DNA of 64,000 nucleotides from Gammaproteobacteria bacterium. GTDB lineage: Bacteria; Pseudomonadota; Gammaproteobacteria; UBA4575. The DNA lies in NCBI GenBank assembly GCA_965222615.1, contig CBDCUI010000008.1, forward strand, positions 768,001 to 832,000, read 5' to 3'. Position numbers and translations under genes: made by a program. A model generated the notes under the pieces. That model worked only from the letters and a program-made list of their open reading frames with translations, was not told the origin of the DNA and did no database searches. Position 1 is the stretch's first letter, and every line of letters starts with the position of its first letter. Shown one piece after another: positions 11,456 to 21,977 of this stretch.

Positions 11456-12334
11456 CTAGTTATTATCTTTAAAGATAATTTTTGCAATAGCTGCAGAGTC
11501 AAGACCTCCATCTCCACATTCAACAAGCTCGCGTAAATATCCTGCAACGAGTTCAGCCCCAGGAATAGAGATATGGTTGTGTTTTGCACTGTCTAATGCA
11601 ATGCCCATGTCTTTATTGTGTAGCTTGGCCTTAAATCCAGGTGCATAAGAATTATCAAGCATGCGCTTGCCGTGGACTTCTAAAATCTTGCTATAGGCGA
11701 ATCCACCTAGTAAGGCCTCTCGTACTTTATTAGGGTCGACACCAGAAGATTTAGCCAGCAAAAAGGCCTCTGCTACTGCTGACATGGTTTGGGCAACTAA
11801 TATTTGATTACATGCTTTAGCAACTTGTCCTGCTCCATGATCGCCAACATAGATAATATTTTGGCCTAAGCATTTTAGTATAGGGAGTGCTTGTTTGAAT
11901 ATGTTGGAATCACCGCCTACCATAATTGATAAGGTGCCAGCTATTGCACCTTGCTCACCTCCAGAGACCGGAGCATCTAACATGGCAATATTTTTGCTAC
12001 TTAATTGATTAGCGATCAGTTTAGTCACTTCTGGTGATATGGTGCTCATATCTATTAATAAATGACCAGCAGATGCACCATGAATAATTCCCTCAGCACC
12101 TGTTACTATAGCTTTTACATCAGGACTATCTGAAACGATTGTAATTGTAGTGGAACATTTTTTTGCTAACTCAGCAGGGGAGTTGAATACTTTAATGTCG
12201 CCAGTAGTAAAGATATCCAATGCCTTTGGATTGCGTGCGTACAAACCTAATTTGTAGTTTGCCTTTAACAAATTCATTGCCATGGGGGTGCCCATGATGC
12301 CAAGGCCGATTACACCAATTCTTTGTTGATTCAT
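11456..12334 (-). CDS. 2-hydroxy-3-oxopropionate reductase / 3-hydroxyisobutyrate dehydrogenase family NAD(P)-dependent oxidoreductase
   Basis: GLGIMG, DAPVSGG, KACNQI, PGFKAKLHNKDM. Confidence 0.88.
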   Translation of the reverse strand: MNQQRIGVIGLGIMGTPMAMNLLKANYKLGLYARNPKALDIFTTGDIKVFNSPAELAKKCSTTITIVSDSPDVKAIVTGAEGIIHGASAGHLLIDMSTISPEVTKLIANQLSSKNIAMLDAPVSGGEQGAIAGTLSIMVGGDSNIFKQALPILKCLGQNIIYVGDHGAGQVAKACNQILVAQTMSAVAEAFLLAKSSGVDPNKVREALLGGFAYSKILEVHGKRMLDNSYAPGFKAKLHNKDMGIALDSAKHNHISIPGAELVAGYLRELVECGDGGLDSAAIAKIIFKDNN

Positions 12335-12399
12335 TTCAATACTACTAGATTAATTTGCTAAGCAAAGCTTAGCATGAAGGTTTCGAACAATAATAGTAT

Positions 12400-15222
12400 T
12401 TAATGTGTTGAGCCAGATGCTTTACTCTGGCCATCGCGTATATTACTAATAACAGAGCTAAGAGCTAAGTCAAAACGGTTGCCTTCATTTATTAGGCGGG
12501 TACGGCCAGAATTTAAATCATCCATAAATGTTTTAATATCTATTTCAAAAGTGTAATCACCGCTTCGATCAGTGAATACTAAACACTCAGAATCATCTAG
12601 AGTGTTGGAAAATTTAAGCCTACGTTTTGCCTTATCGATGCCTTGATAAATCTCCAACCATACTCCTGGAATAATGTCATCAGGTAAGTCAGCTAAGGTA
12701 ACTGGATTTTCAACTTCATTTGTCTCCTCTTCTGCAAATGTTACTTGCTGTTTTTCGTTGTCCGAGTCGAAATCAGATATTTCGTTGTTATCGGTTGTAT
12801 CAGGTTTAATAGCACTGAGATGAGGATTTTCGCTAGATACAACTTCTACATGTGAAGAAGTGTTCATCGATTCACTAATAACTTTGTCTGTTTCAGCATA
12901 GTCAGTAATACTGTCTTCATCGCTAGTTATATCTAGTTCTTTTTCAGTATTTGTATCAGCTCCAGTCTCCACTTCTATCTTTACGTCTTTTTCATCTGAT
13001 TGAATATCTTGGAAGACCTCTACGATCTCAATTTCATCCAGATCATCATTTTCATTAATAGTTTCACAGCTTTCATCTTCAATTACTGGCTCTGCTTCAA
13101 AATCAAAGTCTGGTTTTTGCTGTATCAATGTTTCAGGCACTTCGGCTGTTTCTTCTGGCGGAGCAATATTTTTAAATAGTTGGATAACATTGCTAGTGTC
13201 TTCAGGTTCAGTAGAAGTTTGTTCATTTAGTTTTTCAAGCTCGTTAGCTTCTTGCTGAATTTTGTGCAAATAGGTTAAATACCAAACTTCGGCGGCTTCT
13301 GTGATTTCTTCAAATTCTTGTTTTTTTGCAGATAGGTATTTGAGTTCTTCCCGCACGCAGGTAAAAAACTCATCGGGATTTTTAATATATTGTTGAACAT
13401 CATACAAAGAGTGTATGCCTTGAGATATCTCAATAATTCTGCGTAGGGTGCGCACAGACTTGCGCCAAATTTTGGATTTTTTGCCATGTTTTGTAAAAAC
13501 TATCCCCATATGTGGTGCCCAACACTTTACTAGAAATTCAAGTATTTCATTAGGTAGTTCTCTGTTATTAATATAGGTTTTGATAGTACTGATAACGACT
13601 CGTTTTGCAGCAGAGCGTTTTGCTTTTAATTTTTCTTGCTGCTTTTTTCTTTCTTCTTTTTGCTGTAGTTTTTGTAAATTATCAGGATCTAGCTTTTTTA
13701 ACTCTACTAGTGCATGACCGAATACATTTATGTCAGTTTCAAAGTTGTTGATAATAAGATCAACAACAGATTTAAGTTTGTTGAAAATTAATTCGTTTTT
13801 GCTATCAACACTAACACCAATAGAAGTTAACTTGTTTAGCAAGTGTCTTGCAGGATGGTTAGAATTTTGAAAAAAAGTGAAATCAACCAATGCTAGTTTT
13901 ATTACAGATATTTGTAATTTTGCTAATAAAGCTTTAATTTGGTCAGGTAATTCCTCGTCGTCTAAAATAACTTGGAATATTTTACTTACAAAATCGATTA
14001 CTTTTTCTTCATTTGCAACAATTTCAGTCGCATCCAACGCACCTCTCTCATGTAAAGTTCGCTGCACAGCGGTTTTTATTTGGCTCGCTTTGAATACTGC
14101 ATCACTTGCAGCTTCTATACGTTGTACAGTGGAAAGTGCACGTATAAATTGTCGTCGCTGTGCAGGAGAAGAATCTGAGTTAGATCCTGGGTCATAAGGT
14201 TGTAGGATGAGGCCAATGATATTTGGGTCTAATCCTGAATGTCCTGGCCCGTAAATATCCATTGCAATCGATTCAAACTCTCTAGAAATTTCTGCACTTC
14301 GTTCATGATTTAATTCTTCTTCAAAATGCTCAGCAAGATCTGATTGAGCATGACTATGTGAATCGGTAGATTCTGCGTTATCGAACTCTTGTTCTACTGG
14401 AGCAAAAAATTGACCTGTTGAAAGGTGCATTTTGTTTACGTCTATAGGAATGTCAGAATTATCTTTATCAAGTTCAGCCGAGGCATTAACTTTTTTCACA
14501 CTTTGGATAGACGTGGGTGTTGATAAAATATCCACGTCGATTAAGAAATTATTTACAGATGTATAAAATTCACTAAGCTTGGGAGAAATTTGTTGATATA
14601 GAAGTTTGCATAAAAGTATTTTACCATCAGCTGAGAGTTTAAGAGGTGCAATAGCATTTTGGAATGATGAATAAAATTCTTGTGGATGTAAACTATAGAT
14701 GTTGAATTTTTGGTGGGTAAAAAGAGATAATTCTTGTAAGCGTAATTCTAGTACTTCCAGTGATTTTTTATGACGTTCTACGGTACGATAGATAAGGTTA
14801 TCTACTGCTAAAGTCAATTCAATCAAACCGGTGTCAATAGCACGAATCTGGCTCTTATCATGAGTTTTTGCCTGTATGATAAGTGAAGCAGAAGTGTAAA
14901 ATTTTGATTCGATTTCTACATAAAGCTCTGAAGATACAACATGTTGTCTTGTAAGAAATAAATCTAAAGCTTCGTCACGTGCTTTACCATTAATATCAGT
15001 TATTTGCACTCTAAAGCCTGTATCCTTAGCGAGAGAAAAACATTCCGTTAAACAAGTGCGTAAAAATTGAGTGAGATAATTATGGATTTGTTCGACTACT
15101 TTGTCATAGTCGATTGTGCCAGATTCATCGTAAAGATCTTGGTTGTGTAATTCGATCATTCTAATAGGAGTTGAAATCAAGTTTTTGTATATTCTCTCGA
15201 TAGTTAGTGTAGGGTATTCCAT
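12400..15222 (-). CDS. DUF1631-like protein (940 aa) with long acidic linker
   Basis: LQISVIKLALVD-FF---HPARHLLN core and C-terminal GVWLE...FTDRSG...FDLAL segment recalled as typical of DUF1631. Confidence 0.7.
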   Translation of the reverse strand: MEYPTLTIERIYKNLISTPIRMIELHNQDLYDESGTIDYDKVVEQIHNYLTQFLRTCLTECFSLAKDTGFRVQITDINGKARDEALDLFLTRQHVVSSELYVEIESKFYTSASLIIQAKTHDKSQIRAIDTGLIELTLAVDNLIYRTVERHKKSLEVLELRLQELSLFTHQKFNIYSLHPQEFYSSFQNAIAPLKLSADGKILLCKLLYQQISPKLSEFYTSVNNFLIDVDILSTPTSIQSVKKVNASAELDKDNSDIPIDVNKMHLSTGQFFAPVEQEFDNAESTDSHSHAQSDLAEHFEEELNHERSAEISREFESIAMDIYGPGHSGLDPNIIGLILQPYDPGSNSDSSPAQRRQFIRALSTVQRIEAASDAVFKASQIKTAVQRTLHERGALDATEIVANEEKVIDFVSKIFQVILDDEELPDQIKALLAKLQISVIKLALVDFTFFQNSNHPARHLLNKLTSIGVSVDSKNELIFNKLKSVVDLIINNFETDINVFGHALVELKKLDPDNLQKLQQKEERKKQQEKLKAKRSAAKRVVISTIKTYINNRELPNEILEFLVKCWAPHMGIVFTKHGKKSKIWRKSVRTLRRIIEISQGIHSLYDVQQYIKNPDEFFTCVREELKYLSAKKQEFEEITEAAEVWYLTYLHKIQQEANELEKLNEQTSTEPEDTSNVIQLFKNIAPPEETAEVPETLIQQKPDFDFEAEPVIEDESCETINENDDLDEIEIVEVFQDIQSDEKDVKIEVETGADTNTEKELDITSDEDSITDYAETDKVISESMNTSSHVEVVSSENPHLSAIKPDTTDNNEISDFDSDNEKQQVTFAEEETNEVENPVTLADLPDDIIPGVWLEIYQGIDKAKRRLKFSNTLDDSECLVFTDRSGDYTFEIDIKTFMDDLNSGRTRLINEGNRFDLALSSVISNIRDGQSKASGSTH

Positions 15223-15339
15223 AAAAACATTACGTAATAATGTGATCGCTTAATCTTAGACATTGTGCCGTCTATCGGCTTTCATGTACCCTGTATAATT
15301 AATTAGTGTTGTTAATAAGTCTTCGATACCAGGATTTAT

Positions 15340-16344
15340 ATGCAAATTCGATTTGCTCAATTTCACCAAAGCCTAAATAAATCTGCTATTCCAGTACTGC
15401 TTATTAGTGGAGATGAGCCCTATCAAAATATGCTTGCTGCAGATAAATACCGCAGTTACGTTCAAGACTTAGGGTATTCTGAGCGTAAGGTTCTAGTGGT
15501 CGAATCTGGATTTGATTGGTCGGAACTCGAGTTGGCTAAAAACAATAGGTCACTTTTTGATGATCGCACTTTAATTGATTTACGGATTTTGTCTGGTAAA
15601 CCAGGTGTAAGTGGTTCTAAAGCTATTGTGAAATTCATCAACGATCTTCACCAAGACGTGAATCTATTGATCCAAGCTCCACGGTTAGATCGTAATACGA
15701 TGAACTCAGCTTGGGTCAAGGCAGTCGATAAGGCGGGAATTATACTTCGTACTTGGCCATTAAACGAAATAGAAACCAAAAACTGGATAAAAGAAAAATT
15801 AGAAGCAAAAGGATTTTCTGTCACAAATGATGTTGTTGCTTTTATTGTCCAGCATGTTGAAGGAAATTTACTGGCTGCTATGCAAGAGATCGACAAGATC
15901 GCATTAATTTGTGAGACAAAGAGATTAGATATCCAAGTGATTAATTCTGCGTTGACTAACAGTAGCCATTATTCATTAAATGAATTAATGGATGCTCTAT
16001 CAAGAAAAGATTTATCACGCTTAGTTCGTATTCTAAAAGGACTTGAAAAAGAAGATATCGCACCACCACTATTGCTATGGGGACTTACCGAGCAAATTAG
16101 AAAAATTGTTGATGTCAGTGATTTATCGCGACAGTATCAAAGTGTAGACCACTACAGAGCATTGATTCAGTTAAGTAATACCCATCAGCAACTTATCGGC
16201 ATTCGTAGTGGAGCAAATACAAGCAAATCTTCAGACTTGTTAAAACAATGTGCTTGGGTAGATCGCGTAATCAAAGGTCGGGCCAACGGAAATCCTTGGC
16301 ATGAACTGCTACAATTAAGTATAGCAGCTCAAATAACAGCTTAA
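15340..16344 (+). CDS. holA: DNA polymerase III delta subunit
   Basis: LISGDEP, SLFDDR, VEGNLLAAMQEIDK; synteny. Confidence 0.92.
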   Translation: MQIRFAQFHQSLNKSAIPVLLISGDEPYQNMLAADKYRSYVQDLGYSERKVLVVESGFDWSELELAKNNRSLFDDRTLIDLRILSGKPGVSGSKAIVKFINDLHQDVNLLIQAPRLDRNTMNSAWVKAVDKAGIILRTWPLNEIETKNWIKEKLEAKGFSVTNDVVAFIVQHVEGNLLAAMQEIDKIALICETKRLDIQVINSALTNSSHYSLNELMDALSRKDLSRLVRILKGLEKEDIAPPLLLWGLTEQIRKIVDVSDLSRQYQSVDHYRALIQLSNTHQQLIGIRSGANTSKSSDLLKQCAWVDRVIKGRANGNPWHELLQLSIAAQITA

Positions 16345-16431
16345 TAACAAGTTTTTTGACCGTAGTCTTAATATAATATTATAAAAATATTTCTCAGTTT
16401 GATTTTTATCTAAACTATTGAATGGGTTTTT

Positions 16432-17715
16432 ATGAGTGTCGTGGCAGAAGATCAAATAAACTCTATTGAAAATTACATTGCTGATGTTACACGAAGAGCT
16501 TCGGTAGCAAGTCGTGAAATCGCTTCTGCCAGTACTGAAATTAAAAACAACGCTCTTAAATATACTGCGGAACGGATCCTGGAATCAAAGAAATTTCTTA
16601 AACAAGAAAACGCAGTTGATTTGGTTAATGGCAAAGAACATGGACTTGATGCTGCACTTTTAGATCGTCTTGAATTGAATGATGTTCGCATACAGTCCAT
16701 GGTGGATGGGTTGCATCAAGTTGTGGCATTGCCAGATTCAGTAGGTGAAGTTTCGAACATGGAAGTGCGTCCTAGCGGTATTAAAGTTGGAAAAATGAGA
16801 ATACCGATTGGTGTAATTCTGATTATTTACGAATCTAGACCGAATGTAACTGCTGATGCAGCGGCTTTATGCATTAAATCAGGAAATGCAACTATTTTGC
16901 GTGGTGGATCAGAAGCACTACATTCCAATCGAGCAATTTCCAAGTGTATTCATTCGGGTTTGGAAAGAGCAGGATTGTCTAAAGACGTTGTTCAAGTGAT
17001 CAATACAACGGATCGTGATGCGGTGAGAGCACTATTACAAGCAGATGATTTTATTGATATTGTGATACCTCGAGGCGGCAAAGGATTGATAGAAAGGATT
17101 ACGAAAGAATCACATATTCCATTAATTAAGCATTTAGATGGTGTGTGTCATGTGTATATACATGAAGATGCTGATGTAACAAAGGCAATCAATATAGCAA
17201 TTAATGCAAAAGCACAACGATTTGGTGTTTGTAATGCTATGGAAACATTGCTTGTTGATCGATCTATTGCAGACAAAGTACTTCCTGATATAAAGCAACA
17301 ACTAGATGTAAAAAAAGTTGAGATAAGAGGATGTGAAGAAACTCAGAAAATTCTACAAGGAATATCTCAGGCAACTGAAGAAGATTGGTATACAGAATAT
17401 CTTGGGCCAATTTTATCCGTACGCGTCGTAAATGATCACATACAAGCAATGGATCATATTCAAAAATATGGATCACATCATACTGATGCCATAGTTACTG
17501 ATAATGAAAAAGTTGCCAAACAGTTTATGCGTGAAGTCGATTCTAGTTCAGTGATGGTAAATGCTTCGACGCGGTTTGCAGATGGGTTTGAATATGGGTT
17601 GGGTGCTGAAATTGGAATAAGCACGGATAAACTACATGCACGTGGCCCTGTGGGTCTTGAAGGCCTTACTACACAAAAGTATATTGTACTGGGCGATGGG
17701 AATATTCGTGAGTAA
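16432..17715 (+). CDS. proA: Gamma-glutamyl phosphate reductase
   Basis: [37 protein letters not shown]. Confidence 0.97.
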   Translation: MSVVAEDQINSIENYIADVTRRASVASREIASASTEIKNNALKYTAERILESKKFLKQENAVDLVNGKEHGLDAALLDRLELNDVRIQSMVDGLHQVVALPDSVGEVSNMEVRPSGIKVGKMRIPIGVILIIYESRPNVTADAAALCIKSGNATILRGGSEALHSNRAISKCIHSGLERAGLSKDVVQVINTTDRDAVRALLQADDFIDIVIPRGGKGLIERITKESHIPLIKHLDGVCHVYIHEDADVTKAINIAINAKAQRFGVCNAMETLLVDRSIADKVLPDIKQQLDVKKVEIRGCEETQKILQGISQATEEDWYTEYLGPILSVRVVNDHIQAMDHIQKYGSHHTDAIVTDNEKVAKQFMREVDSSSVMVNASTRFADGFEYGLGAEIGISTDKLHARGPVGLEGLTTQKYIVLGDGNIRE

Positions 17716-17720
17716 ATGGT

Positions 17721-17899
17721 GAAAGCCTTGATTAATTCGGATAGGTCGTAAAAAAATATATCAAAATGTTCATCCAGCTACTAAGTAATCGATTATATTT
17801 GCGAATACAAATGAACAAATTTAATTTAGTAACGGACTCCGCTTTTTTTGACATTATTGTTTCGTCTCAGCCGTCAGTGCTAATAAATTAGAGCTTCCC
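17721..17899. mobile_element. MITE copy 2 (degenerate) with enlarged central hairpin
   Basis: GAAAGCCTTGATTAATT ... AATAAATTAGAGCTTCC ends; ACTCCGCTTT and GTCTCAGCC family motifs. Confidence 0.7.
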
Positions 17900-17985
17900 T
17901 TAGCTAAATGATAAAACTTTAGTCAGAGGTCTATTAGGATGAGTGAGTGATAAGAATATTTGACTCGAGTTTTTAGGAAAAGATT

Positions 17986-18615
17986 GTGATAGGAATATTT
18001 GGTGGAAGTTTTGATCCAATACATTTTGGTCATATCAAATCAGTGTTGGCATTGTTAGCACGGTTTGATTTCAAGCAAATACGTTTAATTCCGTGTCAAC
18101 AGTCACCACTGAAAGATATTCCGCAAGCAAGTGCAGAACAAAGATGGGAAATGCTGAATTTAATAACTGATTCGCATGAAAGGCTTTTAGCAGATAATCG
18201 GGAATTAAAACGAAAAGGTCCTTCATATACAATAGACACATTAAAAGAATTAAAAGAAGAAACTAATTCTCAAGAGCCACTGGTGTTAATTATTGGTATT
18301 GATGCATTCTTAGAGTTTTGTAAATGGCATCAGTACAAAGAGATTTTATCGTTGAGCCATATAGTATTGTTGCAACGTCCCGGATATACACTTCCTAAGT
18401 ATGGTTGTGAAAAGGATATATTTGATGCATCTGTGACAGAAGACATTAAAGATATTATGGAAACTTTAAATGGTAAAATTTATTTGAGTGATGAAGAAAA
18501 AATTGAGATATCATCAACTGATATACGAAAATGTATATCAGAGGGTAGGCAGCCTAGGTACTTACTACCAGGGAATATTTGGAATTATATTCGCGGGAAT
18601 AATTTGTATAAATAA
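17986..18615 (+). CDS. nadD: Nicotinate-nucleotide adenylyltransferase
   Basis: GGSFDPIHFGH, SYTIDTL, ISSTDIR. Confidence 0.95.
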   Translation: MIGIFGGSFDPIHFGHIKSVLALLARFDFKQIRLIPCQQSPLKDIPQASAEQRWEMLNLITDSHERLLADNRELKRKGPSYTIDTLKELKEETNSQEPLVLIIGIDAFLEFCKWHQYKEILSLSHIVLLQRPGYTLPKYGCEKDIFDASVTEDIKDIMETLNGKIYLSDEEKIEISSTDIRKCISEGRQPRYLLPGNIWNYIRGNNLYK

Positions 18616-18625
18616 AATATAACTA

Positions 18626-18964
18626 ATGGAAAATAATAAGACTATTCAAACTTCAATAAATGCATTAGAGGAATTAAAAGGTAGAGATATTGTTTTAATT
18701 GACACAAAGAATAAATCCGATGTCTTTGATGCAATGATCATTGCCACTGGTACTTCAGACCGTCATGTAAAATCACTGGCTGATAGAATAGTGCTAGATG
18801 CCAAGCAAAATGGCTTGGATGTATTAGGAGTAGAACAAGATAGAGCTTGGGTTTTAATCGATCTTTATGACGTAATTGTACATGTCATGTTAGAGGAAGC
18901 ACGTAACTTTTATAGCTTAGAAAAACTTTGGCAAGTTAGTAGTCAACGCAAGCAAGTACAATAG
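18626..18964 (+). CDS. rsfS: Ribosome silencing factor
   Basis: ATGTSDRHV, WVLID, FYSLEKLW. Confidence 0.95.
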   Translation: MENNKTIQTSINALEELKGRDIVLIDTKNKSDVFDAMIIATGTSDRHVKSLADRIVLDAKQNGLDVLGVEQDRAWVLIDLYDVIVHVMLEEARNFYSLEKLWQVSSQRKQVQ

Positions 18965-18988
18965 GCATACATGCTATTAGGTGTTAAA

Positions 18989-19147
18989 GGGAGTTTTGAT
19001 TTATTAACGAGATGACTGAGATGAGGCAAAATAATCTCGGAAAAACGGAGTGTATACTTGCTTTATTTTCTTGGTGTACATGAGTATTTTGAGAAATCAT
19101 TTCTAATTCATCTTTTTTTGGGCACATCAGAATAAATCAGAGTTTCC
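18989..19147. mobile_element. MITE copy 3
   Basis: GGGAGTTTTGATTTATT ... AATAAATCAGAGTTTCC flanked by TAAA on both sides; reverse-complement match to 34016-34160. Confidence 0.8.
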
Positions 19148-19158
19148 TAAAGGTTATA

Positions 19159-19629
19159 GTGCAAATATATATCATAGCAGTTGGGGGAAAATCGCCATCT
19201 TGGATTGATACTGGAATGAACCAGTATCTCACGCGGATGCCTAAAGAATGTAAGATAAATGTTGTCACTATAGCAGCTGCTAAGCGTTCTAAAAATCAAA
19301 CTATCGAACAAGCAAAAATACAAGAGCAAGAATTATTAGTTAAACATACTCCTAAAAATAGTTTGTGCATTGCGCTTGATGAATGTGGGCAATCATGGAC
19401 AACTCGAAATCTTGCTACAAGGCTTGCCCAGTGGATGCAGTCTGTATCAGCTGTTACTCTATACATTGGTGGACCTGATGGCTTAACAAAAGAATTTTTA
19501 GCGCAAGTAGACTTTGTCTGGTCATTATCATCACTAACATTACCACATATGCTAGTTAGAATTTTATTAGCTGAACAACTTTATCGGGCTTGGACTATTA
19601 TTCAAGGGCATCCTTATCATAGAGAATAG
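19159..19629 (+). CDS. rlmH: 23S rRNA (pseudouridine1915-N3)-methyltransferase
   Basis: IGGPDG, SLSSLTLPH, EQLYRA, HPYHRE. Confidence 0.96.
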   Translation: MQIYIIAVGGKSPSWIDTGMNQYLTRMPKECKINVVTIAAAKRSKNQTIEQAKIQEQELLVKHTPKNSLCIALDECGQSWTTRNLATRLAQWMQSVSAVTLYIGGPDGLTKEFLAQVDFVWSLSSLTLPHMLVRILLAEQLYRAWTIIQGHPYHRE

Positions 19630-19634
19630 GCTAA

Positions 19635-19826
19635 GCAAGTCCTGATTTATTCTGATACTTTGTTAAAAAATGTTTCAAAAGACTCGTCCAGCTGCTAAGT
19701 TAGGATTGTTCATTTGTGTTCGCAAATATAATCGATTATTTGGTAACTGGGCTCTGCGTTGGCTCGTGCCTTCCTGGTGCTCGGCCTGCGGCTAGTAGAG
19801 CTTCCTAAATCTGTTACCGGCACATT
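19635..19826. mobile_element. MITE copy 4 (right end missing) with enlarged hairpin and nested short element (copy B, ~19761-19826)
   Basis: CTAA + GCAAGTCCTGATTTATT left end; shares segments with copies 1 and 2. Confidence 0.65.
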
Positions 19827-19850
19827 ACGAATTTTTGCAAATAGTTTCTT

Positions 19851-20426
19851 ATGTCCACAAGCTCTAAAGTCGATCTTATCCTAGCTTCTGCCTCGAATCG
19901 TCGGTGTAAGCTAATGAAGCTACTAGGTATCCGTTATACTGCTTATGCATCTAATATTGACGAGAAACCTTATCAAGGTGAAAAACCACATGCGTACGTA
20001 CAACGCATGGCACTAGCTAAGGCAGAGGCTGTCCGTTTATCATCGGCAGAAAAGTTACCGATACTTGCCGCTGATACGATAGTTACTATCGATGGAATAA
20101 TCATCGGTAAACCTAAAGATCGTGAGGAAGTAAAGCATAGTATTGAATTGTTATCAGGCCGAGAGCATCAAGCAGTAACTGCATTATGTTTATTAACAGA
20201 AACAAAGAATTTTGAATCCATTTCAGAAACAATAATCAAGTTTAGAGAGATTTCAGCTAGTGAAATTGATGCATATAGTTTAACAAATGAACCTTATGGA
20301 AAAGCCGGGGCCTATGCAGTGCAAGGATCAGCTGCAACTTTTGTTGACTACTTTTTAGGAAGCTATACTAATGTTGTTGGTCTTCCCTTGTTAGAGGTGC
20401 AGGAATTGTTAAAAAAGTTGGTTTAG
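19851..20426 (+). CDS. maf: Maf-family nucleoside triphosphate pyrophosphatase (YhdE-like)
   Basis: ILASAS-RR, ADTIV, GKPKD, KAGAY, VVGLP; upstream of rng. Confidence 0.9.
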   Translation: MSTSSKVDLILASASNRRCKLMKLLGIRYTAYASNIDEKPYQGEKPHAYVQRMALAKAEAVRLSSAEKLPILAADTIVTIDGIIIGKPKDREEVKHSIELLSGREHQAVTALCLLTETKNFESISETIIKFREISASEIDAYSLTNEPYGKAGAYAVQGSAATFVDYFLGSYTNVVGLPLLEVQELLKKLV

Positions 20427-20458
20427 CTATCTAATAAATTACAAATGAACTGAATAGT

Positions 20459-21964
20459 ATGAGCGAAGAAATTCTAATTAATATAACGCCACAAGAAACG
20501 CGAGTAGCGGTTGTTGAGAACGGGATGTTACAAGAAATTCAAATTGAACGTGTAGCTAAGCAAGGATTAGTAGGAAATATCTTCAAAGGGTGTGTAAGCA
20601 GAGTAATGCCAGGTATGGATGCTGCGTTTGTTGATATAGGGTTATCAAAAGCTGCATTTATTCATAGCTCTGATGTTGCTTTCTTGCCAAAAAGTTCAAG
20701 GAGTAGACAAGTTGAAATAGGCAAACCAGATGAAACCGTTTTGCTTTCATATAATGAACCAATCACTAACCTTTTGCATGAAGGGCAACAGCTACTTGTT
20801 CAGGTTGTAAAAGATCAACTAGGTACTAAGGGTGCAAGGCTTACCACTAATATTACTGTGCCATCAAGATATATAGTGTTATTGCCTTATTCTAATGATG
20901 TACGTATCTCTGCTCGGATTGAAGATGAAGAAGAACGCATACGTCTTACAAATATCACAAAGCAATTACTTGAAGAAATGGATGCAGATTGCGGATGTAT
21001 TTTACGCACAGCAGCAGAAGGTGTAGGCGAGTCTGAATTAGGTAGAGACCTAAAATTTTTATTGAATCTATGGGGAACCATAGTAGATAAAGTAAACCAT
21101 GTGTCTTCAGTCGATGAAGTATATTCAGATCTTCCGCTGGCGATTCGCACCTTGCGTGATCTTTCTATTGATGAAATTGAAATAATAAGGATAGATTCAC
21201 GCGCCTCATATGAGATGGTATACGACTTTTCAAAAAAACTTGTACCTGAATTAGCAGATCACATAAGCCACTATACTGGCAGCAGGCCAATATTTGATCT
21301 GTATTCAATTGAAGATGAATTACAAAAAGCATTGCAACGGAAAGTTTTGCTTAAATCAGGAGGTTATTTAATATTTGACCAAACTGAAGCAATGACAACA
21401 ATTGATGTAAATACTGGTGGATTTATTGGCCATAGAAATTTAGAAGAAACGATTTATAAAACTAATTTAGAGGCTGCTCAAGCAATTGCACGTCAGCTTC
21501 GGCTACGTAATCTAGGGGGTATTATCATTATTGACTTTATTGATATGGATGATGAAGAGCACAAGCGTCAAGTGATGCGTGTGTTTGAAAAATCTTTAGA
21601 TAAAGATCGAGCAAAAAGCCAAGTATGTACGGTATCGCCTTTAGGTATAGTGGAAATGACGCGTAAACGCACACGTGAGAGTCTTGAGCATATTTTATGT
21701 GAACCCTGCATAAGCTGTAATGGGCGGGGGTATATAAAAACTGCTGAAACGGTTTGTTTTGAGCTATTTCGTGAAATTATACGTGAAGCACGGCAATATG
21801 AAACGAACGAATTGCTAGTTTTGGCGTCTCAACCAGTAGTGGATCTATTATTAGATGAAGAGTCGGCGAGTTTGGCAGAGTTAGAGGACTACATTGGAAA
21901 GACAATCAAGCTGCAAGTTGAATCATTGTATTCACAAGAGCAGTTTGATGTAGTGCCTTTGTAG
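20459..21964 (+). CDS. rng: Ribonuclease G
   Basis: S1 region AAFVDIG, DVNTG, IIIDFIDM, EMTRKRTRESL; 501 aa. Confidence 0.96.
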   Translation: MSEEILINITPQETRVAVVENGMLQEIQIERVAKQGLVGNIFKGCVSRVMPGMDAAFVDIGLSKAAFIHSSDVAFLPKSSRSRQVEIGKPDETVLLSYNEPITNLLHEGQQLLVQVVKDQLGTKGARLTTNITVPSRYIVLLPYSNDVRISARIEDEEERIRLTNITKQLLEEMDADCGCILRTAAEGVGESELGRDLKFLLNLWGTIVDKVNHVSSVDEVYSDLPLAIRTLRDLSIDEIEIIRIDSRASYEMVYDFSKKLVPELADHISHYTGSRPIFDLYSIEDELQKALQRKVLLKSGGYLIFDQTEAMTTIDVNTGGFIGHRNLEETIYKTNLEAAQAIARQLRLRNLGGIIIIDFIDMDDEEHKRQVMRVFEKSLDKDRAKSQVCTVSPLGIVEMTRKRTRESLEHILCEPCISCNGRGYIKTAETVCFELFREIIREARQYETNELLVLASQPVVDLLLDEESASLAELEDYIGKTIKLQVESLYSQEQFDVVPL

Positions 21965-21977
21965 AAGAAAATATTAA

